Shown: piece by piece, positions 10,571 to 22,762 of the stretch | Position numbering within the stretch: the first letter of the stretch is position 1 | How the letters are laid out: each line of letters begins with the position of its first letter | Source: an uncultured Acidobacteriota bacterium | Lineage (GTDB): Bacteria; Acidobacteriota; Blastocatellia; RBC074 | DNA: 64,000 nucleotides | Direction: 5' to 3' | NCBI GenBank assembly: GCA_963796275.1 | Contig: CAWCKY010000006.1 | Span: 608,001-672,000 of the forward strand | Notes under the pieces: generated by a model | What the model saw: the letters and a program-made list of their open reading frames with translations, nothing else | Told to the model about the DNA's origin: nothing | The model's database searches: none | Made by a program: the position numbers and the translations under genes

Positions 10571-10898
10571 AGAACGGACGGTTGGCGAAGTCGTCATTCT
10601 CGAATTCACCGGCAAGATCACCATAGGAGAAGGCAGCATACAATTGCGCGACACTGTGAGCCGGCTGCTTGAATCGGGGCGCAATAGGATCATCCTCAAT
10701 CTCAGCGCAGTGTCATATGTTGACAGCTCCGGAATTGGTGAGCTGGTCTCTCGATACACGACCACGAAGAACACGGGCGGGAAGCTCAAACTCCTCAATC
10801 TGCCCAAAAAGATCAAAGACCTGTTGATGATCACCAAGCTGCTCACTGTCTTTGAGATATATGAAGACGAACAGGCGGCGCTCGACAGTTTCCAATAG
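10554..10898 (+). CDS. STAS-domain anti-anti-sigma factor (RsbV/SpoIIAA-like)
   Basis: [16 protein letters not shown] with phosphoacceptor Ser; overlaps the upstream kinase gene. Confidence 0.92.
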   Translation: MQLEIKERTVGEVVILEFTGKITIGEGSIQLRDTVSRLLESGRNRIILNLSAVSYVDSSGIGELVSRYTTTKNTGGKLKLLNLPKKIKDLLMITKLLTVFEIYEDEQAALDSFQ

Positions 10899-10901
10899 AT
10901 C

Positions 10902-12026
10902 TTACGGATTTACCGTTTCGCCCTTCGTCTCCGATCGCAAGCTCTCATTACCGTAAGTATCGACGGCCGTGATCTGATAATAATACTGTTTGCCCACCTC
11001 GACTTTGTCGTCACGGAACGATGCTGTTTTATAGAGCTGCGGATTGAGTTTTACCCACTTATCGGCGCGGGCATTTTCGTCGGCGGTTCTATAAATGTTA
11101 TAACCTTCTACATCCGCTTCGGGATTTAGCGGCCAGTAAAGGCTTACCAGACCGCCGATCGAGGCGATCGTGATCGGCGTTGGCGCGGAGGGTGGGAATG
11201 TATCCTTGGCCACAACCGTTATAGTTTTGCTCTCATCGCTTTCGATTGCATTTACAAGACTGGCGTCACTGTTGAGGGTGGACAAAGCCCGAACGGCATA
11301 TTCGTACTTTTTTCCGAATTCGAACCTGGTGTCGACGTATCGCAAATCTTGCAGTGGCTCGCCGTTGAGCTTGATCAAACTGCCGTTCTCAGCACTCCGA
11401 TAAATGTTATAGGCCACGGCATTGGCCGGACTCGTCCCGTTCTCATTTAGTTTAGGCGCATCCCAGGTGATCTCGATCCCTTTCTCTCTCTGTTTCGCTG
11501 CCAAACCTGGTGGCGGCGATGATAGGTCGAACAACGGTGTAATCAAGGCATAATTGGAAAAATCGGCCGCCATACCTGTCGAGGTGACCATCCGCACTGC
11601 GTAACGATAGCGCTGGTCGCGTGCGCCATTTTTAAGATCGAGATTGTCGCTTTTAGTGATAATCGATTTCTCGGGCGGAACCTCGTCGCCGAGGATCGAA
11701 TCGATGATTGTCGCGTTTGTCGAAAACTGCTCCTGGGTAACTCCGAGCGGGTCGCTTGTCGATTCGATCAGACGATAAACATCGATTCTTTGCAAGCGAG
11801 GCGAACGCGGCGATCTGATGATGGGGAATTGTAGAACGAGTTGTGTACCTTCCTGCGCGACGCTCAAGTCATCGATGATGAGCGGTGCGCGCGGGATGGG
11901 GGGGAGGGGATCGCCGATTTTGCCGCAACCGGAGAGACTTAGTATCAAGAGGGATAGGGGGAAAATGATTGCGGATTGCGCACTGCGGATTGCGAATCTT
12001 TGGGGAAGCTCCAGGCGAAACCGCAA
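10902..12026 (-). CDS. lipoprotein with fibronectin type III-like domains
   Basis: lipobox LSGC then GKIGDPLPP; FN3-like W..P...YNIYR...Y.YQITAVD; start uncertain (TTG 12026). Confidence 0.75.
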   Translation of the reverse strand: MRFRLELPQRFAIRSAQSAIIFPLSLLILSLSGCGKIGDPLPPIPRAPLIIDDLSVAQEGTQLVLQFPIIRSPRSPRLQRIDVYRLIESTSDPLGVTQEQFSTNATIIDSILGDEVPPEKSIITKSDNLDLKNGARDQRYRYAVRMVTSTGMAADFSNYALITPLFDLSSPPPGLAAKQREKGIEITWDAPKLNENGTSPANAVAYNIYRSAENGSLIKLNGEPLQDLRYVDTRFEFGKKYEYAVRALSTLNSDASLVNAIESDESKTITVVAKDTFPPSAPTPITIASIGGLVSLYWPLNPEADVEGYNIYRTADENARADKWVKLNPQLYKTASFRDDKVEVGKQYYYQITAVDTYGNESLRSETKGETVNP

Positions 12027-12051
12027 CCCGAAGTCCGTCAGCCAGAGCAGT

Positions 12052-13467
<1,416 letters not shown>

Positions 13468-13470
13468 AAA

Positions 13471-13551
13471 TAATTGATAATCGATAATTGATACTTGATA
13501 ATTGATAGCAGTTGTTTTTCATTATCAATTATCAATTATCAACTATCAATT
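13471..13551. repeat. inverted pair of 7-bp tandem repeats (ATTGATA/TATCAAT family)
   Basis: about 5x ATTGATA, short loop, about 4x TATCAAT, filling the hslV-hslU gap. Confidence 0.9.
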
Positions 13552-13554
13552 GAA

Positions 13555-14118
13555 TTAGATCTCTTCAACCACCAGATTCAAATTGCTATAGATGCAGATT
13601 TCGCCCGCCACCTTCATCGCTTCTTCCGCAATTTGACGTGCTGAGAGATCGGTGTTTCGGGCGAGGGCGCGTGCGGCGGAGAGCGCATACGGTCCGCCGG
13701 ATCCGATCGCTACGATCCCATCATCAGGCTCGATGACATCGCCGTTGCCGGAAACCACCAGGCTCGATTCTTTATCAGCGACGATGAGAAGGGCTTCAAG
13801 ATTGCGCATCATCTTGTCGGTTCGCCAATCTTTGGCCAGTTCGACCGCCGCACGATTGAGCTGACCGTGGTATTGCTCCAATTTTGTTTCGAACCGCTGG
13901 AAGAGGGCGAAGGCATCCGCACTCGCCCCGGCGAATCCCGCAAGCACCTTGTCGTTGTAAAGGCGCCGTACCTTACGCGCGCTCGCTTTCATTATGGTGT
14001 CGCCCATGGTCACCTGCCCGTCGCTGGCGACCACAACTTGACCGTTACGACGTATTGAAAGGATCGTCGTGCTTCGAATCAAAATTCCTCGTTTTTTTCT
14101 TAATGACTTATTCATCAC
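13555..14118 (-). CDS. hslV: ATP-dependent protease subunit HslV
   Basis: STTIL catalytic Thr, DGQVT, GFAG, GSGG. Confidence 0.97.
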   Translation of the reverse strand: MMNKSLRKKRGILIRSTTILSIRRNGQVVVASDGQVTMGDTIMKASARKVRRLYNDKVLAGFAGASADAFALFQRFETKLEQYHGQLNRAAVELAKDWRTDKMMRNLEALLIVADKESSLVVSGNGDVIEPDDGIVAIGSGGPYALSAARALARNTDLSARQIAEEAMKVAGEICIYSNLNLVVEEI

Positions 14119-14267
14119 TTACCAATGACATGACACAGGTTCGGACTATAGCCACCGCTCAGACTGGTTGTCAAGAAACCATTAAATGGCGAGCGTGCAT
14201 AAGCCCATCGCGTGGCGGCAGGCTGTATTCAAGCCAGGCATTTATACGTCATTTAACGCGGGCCAGG

Positions 14268-14296
14268 TTGACAGCGCCGGTTCACTACGTTACTTT
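14268..14296 (+). promoter_or_regulatory. putative sigma70 promoter of gap
   Basis: TTGACA, 17 bp, TACTTT. Confidence 0.55.
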
Positions 14297-14380
14297 GCAC
14301 GACTTCAGGCTAGAGATCAATCGGCATCACGTCTACTGCCTGATGGTTAATGCCAAGAAAAATAGAACAGGAGAAGTGCT

Positions 14381-15388
14381 ATGGCAATTAAGGTTGGTAT
14401 CAATGGTTTCGGGCGCATAGGGCGCAACGTCCTTCGGACTGCCCTGGGGGACAAAGATATCGATTTCGTCGCGGTCAACGACCTGACCGACACGCGGACG
14501 CTCGCGCACCTGCTCAAATACGATTCGATTCTGGGCAACCTCGAGCAAGAAATTTCGCACACCGATAAAACGATCAAGGTCAATAAAGATGAGTTCCGCG
14601 TCTTTTCCGAAAAGGACCCGGCCCGGATCCCGTGGGAAGAGGTAGGCGCCCAGATCGTCATCGAATCGACCGGAAGATTCACCGACAAAGAGACAGCAGC
14701 CGCCCATCTGCGCGGGTCAGTCAAGAAAGTGATTATCACCGCTCCGGCAAAGAACGAGGACCTGACCGTTGTACTCGGCGTTAATGAGAATGTATATGAT
14801 CCCGCGAAGCATCACGTCATTTCGAATGCGTCGTGTACGACCAATTGTCTGGCGCCGGTCGCCAAGGTGATCAACAAAAAATTCGGGATCAAAAAGGCGC
14901 AGATGACTACGATCCACTCCTACACCAACGACCAGGTGATTCTGGACTTCCCGCACAAAGACCTGCGCCGCGCGCGCGCCGGCGCGCTTTCGATGATCCC
15001 CACCTCGACCGGCGCAGCCAAGGCGGTCGCGCTCGTGCTTCCGGAACTCAAGGGGAAGTTCGATGGCATCGCCGTCAGGGTTCCGACGCCCAATATTTCG
15101 CTGGTCGACGTGGTCATTGAGCTCGAGAAAGAGACGACGACTGAAGAGGTCAATCAGGCGCTGAAAGATGCCGCGAATGAAGAATTGAAAGGCATCCTCA
15201 GTTTCGAGACAGAACCGCTGGTATCGACCGACTTCCGCGGAAACTCTAACTCGTCCATCGTGGATGGTGAATACACCAAAGTAATCGGCGGAAATATGGT
15301 CAAGATATTGTCGTGGTATGACAATGAGTGGGGTTATTCGTGCCGCGTCCGAGATCTGATCAAGTATATTGCATCGAAAGGTCTGTAA
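14381..15388 (+). CDS. gap: type I glyceraldehyde-3-phosphate dehydrogenase
   Basis: [29 protein letters not shown]. Confidence 0.98.
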   Translation: MAIKVGINGFGRIGRNVLRTALGDKDIDFVAVNDLTDTRTLAHLLKYDSILGNLEQEISHTDKTIKVNKDEFRVFSEKDPARIPWEEVGAQIVIESTGRFTDKETAAAHLRGSVKKVIITAPAKNEDLTVVLGVNENVYDPAKHHVISNASCTTNCLAPVAKVINKKFGIKKAQMTTIHSYTNDQVILDFPHKDLRRARAGALSMIPTSTGAAKAVALVLPELKGKFDGIAVRVPTPNISLVDVVIELEKETTTEEVNQALKDAANEELKGILSFETEPLVSTDFRGNSNSSIVDGEYTKVIGGNMVKILSWYDNEWGYSCRVRDLIKYIASKGL

Positions 15389-15396
15389 AATATATA

Positions 15397-15446
15397 AAAT
15401 CAAAATGCCGCAGCGTGGAATCAGGTCCGCTGCGGCTTTTGATTTT
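15397..15446. terminator. bidirectional intrinsic terminator between gap and tRNA
   Basis: aaaatcaaaatgccgcagcg...cgctgcggcttttgatttt. Confidence 0.75.
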
Positions 15447-15460
15447 ATAATTGCATTTGA

Positions 15461-15532
15461 AGCGGGAAACGGGGATCGAACCCGCAACCCCCGGCTTGGG
15501 AAGCCGATGCTCTACCATTGAGCTATTCCCGC
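15461..15532 (-). tRNA. tRNA-Gly (CCC)
   Basis: reverse complement GCGGGAATAGCTCAATGGTAGAGCATCGGCTTCCCAAGCCGGGGGTTGCGGGTTCGATCCCCGTTTCCCGCT folds as a cloverleaf with anticodon CCC; CCA not encoded (followed by TCA). Confidence 0.95.
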
Positions 15533-15811
15533 TTATTTAACAACTCTTTGTATCAGATGCATAAATTACCATAGGTGATCTTCGGCTGCAATCATAACAC
15601 TTTCATTACGCGTGGATCCTAAAACGCACCTTGGAAAACGGTCTTGCTGACCGCGAATTCTCCGAATCTGCAATTCTCGCTTAGACACCTTCCCATCGCT
15701 CTACCGGCTTTTCTTAAGTGATCTGGCAAATGGATTCACCAGCGAGTTAGAGGGATGGCCCATTACTATTTTCATCTTACAGAAGATTGTTGATAGTTCT
15801 ACCATCAAATC

Positions 15812-18020
15812 TTATCTCACACCGAAATCCATCCACTGCTCAACGCGCGCATACTTCTTCTTCGCAAGCGCATCGACGACAATTACGTGCATCATGTAAT
15901 CACCCGGCGGAAATCCGTTGAGTTTGAGCGTCCCCTGGCACGCGAGCCTCGCTGAGTCGCCGACGTTTTGCATTTCAACCGGGCGCGATGGGCCTCGATA
16001 GACGGGCTTTCCATCTCGATATATCTCGATCTGCGCGACCACTTGCGTCTGGCCTGTTTTCGGATCGAGGGCTGGATTATAGATCACCGCCCCATAATCG
16101 ATCTCGCCGGTGCGCGAGAAGCGGCGCACGGCTGGCGATGGGTGGACATCGCTCGCCTGCAATCGGGGCTGCGCATCCTGTTCCACAGGCGCAGGCGGTT
16201 GAGCTCGTGAGCTCAGGATGAGCCCGGACATTGCGAGGCGTTTCTTTACCAAATCGGGTACTTGAATGAATTGACCTGCCGATCCCAACTTTCCGTTTTC
16301 GGTGTCCCGCAGCACTGTGCGGAATTGATATGCCCCGGGCTTTTTGATGATGAAATCGTCGGTATAGAGGAGACCCTTCTTCATCGCGATCTGGTAGCGC
16401 TCCTCGTTGAGGTTTAATTTGAACATCCTGCCATGGTGGTCGACTATCGCCCCCTTTTCGTCGAATGTGAATGAAGCTATTTCGATAGTCACGATCTTCT
16501 CGCCCTGCTTCTCCGGATCGTCTTTGAAGCTCAATTTGGAAGGGTCGATATTGTAAAGGGAGCGAACGAACGATCCTCCCTGATCCGAGTTGAAGAAGAA
16601 CGAAGTCATTTGCATCGATAGATACTCGAGCGCCGAATGGTGAATAAAGCGCCGAGAGTATCTGGCGGTTACGCGCTTCTGGTCCGGTTAATACCGGCGC
16701 TTCTTGCTTTTTGGCATCCGGGAAGCCGATGAAACCGGCGCGCGTTCGCACTTGTAGACCCGAGCGCTTCACTTTCAATTTTATCGAGTGATATCTTCTG
16801 TCGAACTTTTCATCTTCCGGATCGAAGCCGAGCAGGTAGTAGCTCTGCGTATCGCGCAGGGCTTTTTGAATGCCGAAGTTGATATCGTTGTTGTTGAGCA
16901 CAGCGAAACCCCCTGTTTCGCGGGCCAGGAAGCTCAAACCATCCTGAGTATCGAAATTGGATCGTGAGGCTCGGGTAAGTTGCTCGGAAAGCTGCGGGCC
17001 ACTTACCCCCATCATATTGTCAGCGGCCGTTGGAAGAAGCGGTTGCAGTCCCTTGGCGTCGATCGAATAGATGACGACGCTCGATCGGTTCGCCAGATCG
17101 GTGAGGCGCCGCACATTTTCGAGCACCTGCGTGTTGTCGCGATTGCGGCCGAAGAGCCGGAAGCCGTCCGAGATGAGGATCGCCACTTTGCGCCCCGGCA
17201 GCTCGCGCAGTCCGCTCACCACAAAATTCAGCGCGCCCAGCGTGCCGACGGAGAAGACAGTCTCCTGGAAATCTTCAAAGCGATCTTCAGCCTCCCGCGC
17301 GGCTTCACGCTCTTCTTCTAACCGCGAATCGTTATCCGCATCGGTGGCGCCGAAGCGCGGCCGCATATCGCGGCTGGTTGGGTTCCACGCCATCTTATCG
17401 ATTGCCGTGTAGAGAATCCGCTTATCGCTCGTAAATTGCTGGAGTGCGCCCAGCCCGCGTCCCGTCATGATGATCCCGATCAGATCGCCATCCTGCATCT
17501 GCTCATCGACAAATTTTTTGAGCGCACGCCGCGCAAAATGTGTCCCTTCGAATGAGAGCCCCAGGTCGTCAATGACGAATGCGACCGTGCGTTTGACATC
17601 CTCGGACGCGATCATCCTGGTAGGCATCGTCGTCGGGGGGACCGGGGCCTCGGGCGTTCTCCTTGACGCTTCCGGAGATTTGGGCGGTTCGGGCAGTTTA
17701 ACGAGCTGGAAATAAGATAAGGTCTGCCGTTTGCCATCAACCGTCAGTTCAAAGTCGTCCTGGTTCAAATCCTCCGCATGCGCGCCCTGCTTATCCGTTA
17801 CCACGGCGTCGATTTGAACGAGCTGGGTGGAGATGCGAACCACGCCTTCTTGTCCCTGGTCTTTCTGCTGTCGCTGCTCGGGCTGCTGCTTATCATTCGA
17901 TGCAGATTGTGGCGATGCAGATTGTGGCGATGCTGGTGGTGGCTGTTGCGAGAATGGAGGAAGAGAAAGCGCGAAAACGAGAAAAGATACAGCGAAACGG
18001 AGATGTGGGGAGTTGACCAT
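15812..18020 (-). pseudogene. secreted VWA-related (Acidobacteria-type) protein, frameshifted near 16624
   Basis: signal peptide, VVRISTQLVQIDAVVTD, GRKVAILISDGF, YYLLGF; removing one base at 16624 joins ...FGAR-DLSMQMTSFF... into ORF 15812..16615. Confidence 0.75.
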
Positions 18021-18166
18021 GCGTATTACCCTCAAAAGCGTCGCCGGACGGCGCAATATCTGACTGAGTCAGGTTGAATGCCAACAACATAAAAGAACTA
18101 TGAGGTAAAAAACGAATAATAACAGAAAAAGTTTTTAAAATTTCATCTATTGTCTGTCTAATTTTC

Positions 18167-18892
18167 TTACGCGGTTCGATTCAGATACGCGATCAAGCGG
18201 TCCGGAACATTGGTGACGATGCCGTCGACTCGACGGTCGATCATCCGTCCAAATAGTTTCTCGTCATCGACCGTCCAGACAAACAGCTTCTTTCCTTGCG
18301 CTTTGACCTGATGAGCCAGACGGTTGAAACAGAGTCCAACCCGGATAGATAGAACCTGGTAATTGATTCGTCGCAGAGCAATCCAGGGCATGGCTTCGCG
18401 CCAACGCACGATGGGATTGATATTTATCGTCCCGAGAATAATGCCCAGTTCGATGTCATTGACCTCTTGCCCCAGTTTGCGCATCAGGCCGAGATCGAAT
18501 GAGGCGAGCATCATATCCGGCTGACTTTGACGCGCGCGAATCAAGCGCAGGGTCTCAGCGGTAGAGCGAGTATCTTTTATCTCGAGGTAGAGTCTCGCCT
18601 TACCTCGGGTCAGATCGAGCGTCTCTTCGAGTGTGGGCACGCGCTCGCCCTTCCCGGCGTCGGCTCTTTTAACCTCGGCCAGCGAAAGACGATCGACGCG
18701 CCCCTTTAAGTTGGTTGTGTGGTCGAGAACCGGATCGTGGATGACGACGACGTGATTATCGCGCGTCAGATGCAGATCGAGCTCGATCATCTCTGCGCCC
18801 TGTTTAATGGCGAGGTCGAATGCCCGTAAGGTATTTTCCGGTTCGGCTGCCGAAGCGCCGCGATGGGCGATGACGAGAGGGTGCATTTCCAT
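18167..18892 (-). CDS. glycerophosphodiester phosphodiesterase
   Basis: IAHRGAS, ENT, IELD, VIHD, WTVD, DGIVTN. Confidence 0.92.
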   Translation of the reverse strand: MEMHPLVIAHRGASAAEPENTLRAFDLAIKQGAEMIELDLHLTRDNHVVVIHDPVLDHTTNLKGRVDRLSLAEVKRADAGKGERVPTLEETLDLTRGKARLYLEIKDTRSTAETLRLIRARQSQPDMMLASFDLGLMRKLGQEVNDIELGIILGTININPIVRWREAMPWIALRRINYQVLSIRVGLCFNRLAHQVKAQGKKLFVWTVDDEKLFGRMIDRRVDGIVTNVPDRLIAYLNRTA

Positions 18893-18895
18893 AAA

Positions 18896-18964
18896 TAGCT
18901 TTTAGCTTTTAGTTTTTAGTTGCTGATTTAGATCGCCAAACTAAAAACTAGAAACTAAAAACTA
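18896..18964. repeat. inverted pair of 7-bp tandem repeats (TAGTTTT/AACTAAA family)
   Basis: tagcttt tagcttt tagtttt tagtt ... aactaaa aactaga aactaaa aacta. Confidence 0.85.
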
Positions 18965-18967
18965 TCA

Positions 18968-21151
18968 TCATTTAACCTGAAATTCACGAGATCCCAGTAT
19001 TAAGGCAGCGATACTACCGATCAACTGTTGATTATTTTTCTGGACTGCCCGGCTTTTTAATTTTGCGGGAGTTATCTTTTCACGCGATTCATCCACCGCG
19101 CTCTCCAGATTATCCCTGGTCTCATCGGGAAGATCGCTGTGGACGAGTACGGCGATGAGCTGATCCAGCAGCTTATCGCGATCATTCGCGATCCCGGAGT
19201 CGACCAGTCTGGTCACGTCAAATCGCGTACCGTTGATCTTATTGCTGACGAGCGTGACGGTGAAATTCATCCGCTCGAGCAGGGTGGCATTGCTCAGCCA
19301 GCGGGAGGAATCCTCGGAATAGCCCGTCGGCGGCTGGCAGAGATAGAGCGGTTCGCCCATCCGAGCTATCCATTGAATCAACGGCGAGGCGGCATCGGTC
19401 GAGGTGCCGGTCGCCCGGATCGTCGATGCCACCAGTTCGAGCGGTGATTTGACTTTGTTGCGATAGTAAAGTGGTGAATAGAATTCGGGAGAGATCAGAA
19501 TCGACCGCACGACCTCACGAATATCTCCTTCAGTGCTCTTGAAGACGGCTGCTGCTCGATCGACGAGCGATGCGGGCGGATCGTCGGCGACGAAACGCTG
19601 GCTGAGTTTGTACGAGATAAATCTCGCGGTCGATGGATGTTTCACCAGTATATCGAGCACGCGCAGGCCGTCCTCAATCCCTCCCCCTGCGGCGATCCGC
19701 TTATTGAGGACGAGCTTCTCCCCCCGATCATGTATGCGTGGTCGAAAAACAAAGGTTGAATTCGGTTGCGGCGTGATCGACCATCCGGTGAAGCATCGTG
19801 CGACTTCGATGACGTCCTGCTGCGTGTAACCGCCGTCGACACCCAGCGTATGCAGTTCCATCAATTCGCGCGCATAATTTTCGTTCAGACCCGGGCGGCG
19901 AGCAGGGATCGAATTTCCATCCTCATCTTTTTTCTCAGGCGGCTCGACCCGGCTCAAAAAGTTGTCCAGATAATAGAGCATCGCCGGGCTCTGAGCGACG
20001 GCGACGAGCATCTCTTTGAATTTTCCGAGGGCGTGGGGGCGAATGACATCGCGTTCGTAAGAGGAGACCATCCATCTTACTGAATCTTTGCCGCCGAAAA
20101 CGTTGAAGTGGTTGATCCAGAAATCGACCATCACCTCGTGCAGCTGCTTTTCGCTAAAAACGGCGCGCAGTAATTTGGCCTGCTGCAATTCCCTGAGCGG
20201 TTGTTGCGGATCGCGTCGCGGCGTCGGTGCCGGTTTCGCCTTTTGCTGAACGGCCGGTTGTCGTTCGGGAGCCTGTTTCTGTTGAGGCATCGATCCCTGG
20301 GCTCGCGCCGAATCATTCTGATTTTGCATAGCGCTCATTTCGCCCTTTCCTCCCTCGCTGGTGGTTGAAACGATGGAAGGCAGGGCATTGATCGCCGGAG
20401 CCGGAATTGGCGCAGTTGTCGTCGTCTTTGCCGTCTGCGTTATCGCCGGTGTTTGTGTTGTCGTTGTCGCCGGTGTTTGTGTTGTCGTTGTCGCCGGTGT
20501 TTGTGTTGTCGTTGTCGCCGGTGTTTGTGTTGTCGTTGTCGCCGGTGTTTGTGTTGTCGTTGTCGCCGGTGTTTGTGTTGTCGTTGTCGCCGGTGTTTGT
20601 GTTGTCGTTGTCGCCGGTGTTGGTGCTGTCATTGACGACGGCATCGGTGCTGTCGTAGGTGTAGGTGTAGGTGTTGGCGTCGATCGAGCGGGAGGCGGCA
20701 CAAAAATCTGCATGGTTTCCGGAATAGATAGATGCAGTGTGCTGATTGCCAGCAGCGGCCGCGAAAGCGTGTCATCGGGCACTTCTTCAGGATTGAGCTG
20801 TTCTTCGATGTAACGCTCGATGCCCATTTCCCGCACGCGACGTATGTCTCCTGGGCGCGGGCCGAACCCAGCGCGATTGAGCAGGTGTAAAATCTTCTGG
20901 TCTTCGTTCAACGGGGGTAGCGGTTTCGTTGACCGACGATTGCGTGAGTTAAGAGAGGCCGCCTCGGGCGGGGGCTTGATTAGTTTTTCCCCCTCGGATA
21001 ATGATCCGCTCGGCAAAGTGGGTTTGATCGGAGCGATGGGAGAAGGGCGCGGTTGCTGCGCGGAAAATGGGACTGCGTACGACATTGCCAGCGCCAATAC
21101 GCAGAGAATTACCGATGAAGAGCGAACGCGCGAGGCCTTCAAGCATTTCAT
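18968..21151 (-). CDS. DUF1800 family exported protein with a Thr-rich insertion
   Basis: HLLNRAGFGPRPG, DFWINHFNV, NENYARELMELHTLG, PPTGYS. Confidence 0.9.
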   Translation of the reverse strand: MKCLKASRVRSSSVILCVLALAMSYAVPFSAQQPRPSPIAPIKPTLPSGSLSEGEKLIKPPPEAASLNSRNRRSTKPLPPLNEDQKILHLLNRAGFGPRPGDIRRVREMGIERYIEEQLNPEEVPDDTLSRPLLAISTLHLSIPETMQIFVPPPARSTPTPTPTPTTAPMPSSMTAPTPATTTTQTPATTTTQTPATTTTQTPATTTTQTPATTTTQTPATTTTQTPATTTTQTPAITQTAKTTTTAPIPAPAINALPSIVSTTSEGGKGEMSAMQNQNDSARAQGSMPQQKQAPERQPAVQQKAKPAPTPRRDPQQPLRELQQAKLLRAVFSEKQLHEVMVDFWINHFNVFGGKDSVRWMVSSYERDVIRPHALGKFKEMLVAVAQSPAMLYYLDNFLSRVEPPEKKDEDGNSIPARRPGLNENYARELMELHTLGVDGGYTQQDVIEVARCFTGWSITPQPNSTFVFRPRIHDRGEKLVLNKRIAAGGGIEDGLRVLDILVKHPSTARFISYKLSQRFVADDPPASLVDRAAAVFKSTEGDIREVVRSILISPEFYSPLYYRNKVKSPLELVASTIRATGTSTDAASPLIQWIARMGEPLYLCQPPTGYSEDSSRWLSNATLLERMNFTVTLVSNKINGTRFDVTRLVDSGIANDRDKLLDQLIAVLVHSDLPDETRDNLESAVDESREKITPAKLKSRAVQKNNQQLIGSIAALILGSREFQVK
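20443..20621. repeat. perfect 24-bp tandem repeat, 7 copies plus a partial (encodes TTTTQTPA)
   Basis: (tcgccggtgtttgtgttgtcgttg)7, in frame inside the DUF1800 gene. Confidence 0.95.
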
Positions 21152-21320
21152 ACTTTTTTTATCCTCGAATTACCCTCGTACTGTTAACCGACTTGGAGGT
21201 GCGATAAATAATAACTTATCTCAAGTGATGATGGAAGATTCTATGCAAAGTCGCCAATCCGTAAAGAAAAAACGGTAACCACTTTGTCTCTCAGCGAGTT
21301 TGAGTCAAACTAGGATACAA

Positions 21321-22052
21321 ATGTCGCGTGTTACTGATCAAACATCAGAAAATCAAAGAGCCGAGGGGGCCTCGGATAAGCTTTATCATTTTGCCGTCCT
21401 GGACCAATACACATTCAAACAAAGGTTTATCATACGAATTGCCGGCGTCGCGCTCTATTGGTTGATAAGGGTGATCGGGGCAACGCTCAGGTTTAAAGTA
21501 ATCGGCTGGGAAAACCACACTGAGTCCGAACCACTGATCTATTGTTTCTGGCACAACCGGATACCCATTGCGACCTATTTCTGGAAGAAGCGAGGTATAG
21601 TTGTGATGTCATCGCTCAGTTTCGATTCGGAATACATAGCGCGATTCATCCAACGATTCGGTTACGGCGCTGCTCGCGGCAGTTCGACCCGGGGGGCGCG
21701 CGCAGCATTGATTCAGATGATCCGAGCAGTCAAGTCAGGCAAAAGCGCCGCGTTCACAGTAGATGGGCCGAAAGGGCCCATCTACCAGGCCAAGCCGGGC
21801 GCTCTCCTGCTCGCGGCAAAGTCAGGCGCGGCGATCCTGCCGTTTTCCATTTCGCTCGAACGATGCTGGAGATTACCCAGCTGGGACAGAATCGAGATTC
21901 CGAAACCGTTCACCAGGGCGATTGTCGTGATCGGCGAGCGATTTTACGTTCAGGATGGCGATGCAGAAAATCAGCAACATCGGTTTCAGATGAAGCTCGA
22001 AGAACTGCGCCGGGAGAGCGATCGTTTGAGCGAGAATAAAAACGATTCTTGA
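21321..22052 (+). CDS. DUF374 / lysophospholipid acyltransferase family protein
   Basis: CFWHNR, RGSSTRG, FTVDGPKGP, SWDR...PKPF. Confidence 0.88.
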   Translation: MSRVTDQTSENQRAEGASDKLYHFAVLDQYTFKQRFIIRIAGVALYWLIRVIGATLRFKVIGWENHTESEPLIYCFWHNRIPIATYFWKKRGIVVMSSLSFDSEYIARFIQRFGYGAARGSSTRGARAALIQMIRAVKSGKSAAFTVDGPKGPIYQAKPGALLLAAKSGAAILPFSISLERCWRLPSWDRIEIPKPFTRAIVVIGERFYVQDGDAENQQHRFQMKLEELRRESDRLSENKNDS

Positions 22053-22077
22053 CAGCCCCACTGCTCAAACTTAGAAT
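22049..22077 (+). promoter_or_regulatory. putative sigma70 promoter
   Basis: TTGACA, 17 bp, TAGAAT upstream of ORF 22120. Confidence 0.6.
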
Positions 22078-22119
22078 CGCTCTTCGATTTCATATCACAC
22101 CTCACGGAGAATAGGGTAA

Positions 22120-22548
22120 TTGACCAACGAAGAATCAACAGGACAGGCGGTTATACCAACACCGGTATCGATGGGGCGCACTACAGCGGCTTGTATCGCG
22201 GCTATGATCCTGCCCGGACTAGGGCATGTGCTCCTGGGCAAGTGGGCTCGCGGCGCCATCATCGGTCTCGTCATAATTTTGATGTTCGTGCTCGGTTTTG
22301 CTATGAACGGACATCTTTACAGGCCGGAGAGCAATGAGTGGCTAACCTGGTTCTTCAGCTTCCTGGACGCCGGAATCGGACTGCCGTATTTTGTATGTCT
22401 CGTGGCCGACTGGGGCATCCAGGTGCAGCCGGAGCAGGCGGCCAGAGTTACCTTCGAATACGGAAATACCTTCCTTTGTGTCGCGGGGGCCCTGAATATG
22501 CTGGCGACGATAGATGCATACGATATCGGAGTTGGGAGGAAGGCATGA
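22120..22548 (+). CDS. membrane protein (DUF6677-like)
   Basis: LPGLGHVLLG, EYGNTFL..AGALNML...DAYD; several TM helices. Confidence 0.75.
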   Translation: MTNEESTGQAVIPTPVSMGRTTAACIAAMILPGLGHVLLGKWARGAIIGLVIILMFVLGFAMNGHLYRPESNEWLTWFFSFLDAGIGLPYFVCLVADWGIQVQPEQAARVTFEYGNTFLCVAGALNMLATIDAYDIGVGRKA

Positions 22549-22721
22549 CCCATTTCCTGGCGCTCGTTTTGTTCGGATTACTCGTTTCAACAGCTTTTGC
22601 CGTCCTCTCTTCGGAGCATCGCACACCTACCGAACGATTCAAGTACGGCGCGAAAGTCTTCGGTTATTTCGTCGGTATCGGTCTGCTGATCGCCTGGGGT
22701 CTGTATCCACTGCCATTCTAA
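22545..22721 (+). CDS. small two-TM membrane protein (58 aa)
   Basis: ATGA overlap with the upstream stop, GGAGG RBS; MTHFLALVLF...WGLYPLPF. Confidence 0.7.
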   Translation: MTHFLALVLFGLLVSTAFAVLSSEHRTPTERFKYGAKVFGYFVGIGLLIAWGLYPLPF

Positions 22722-22762
22722 AGGCAAAGACGTAGCTGCCGATAGACCAGGGAAGCTTACCA

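Noticed and set aside
15458-15532. tRNA-Gly as an integration site
   Set aside because: No integrase and no duplicated tRNA 3' end seen; a non-encoded CCA is common.
20443-20621. 24-bp repeats as a possible CRISPR array
   Set aside because: Head-to-tail repeats with no spacers, in frame within a CDS, and no cas genes.
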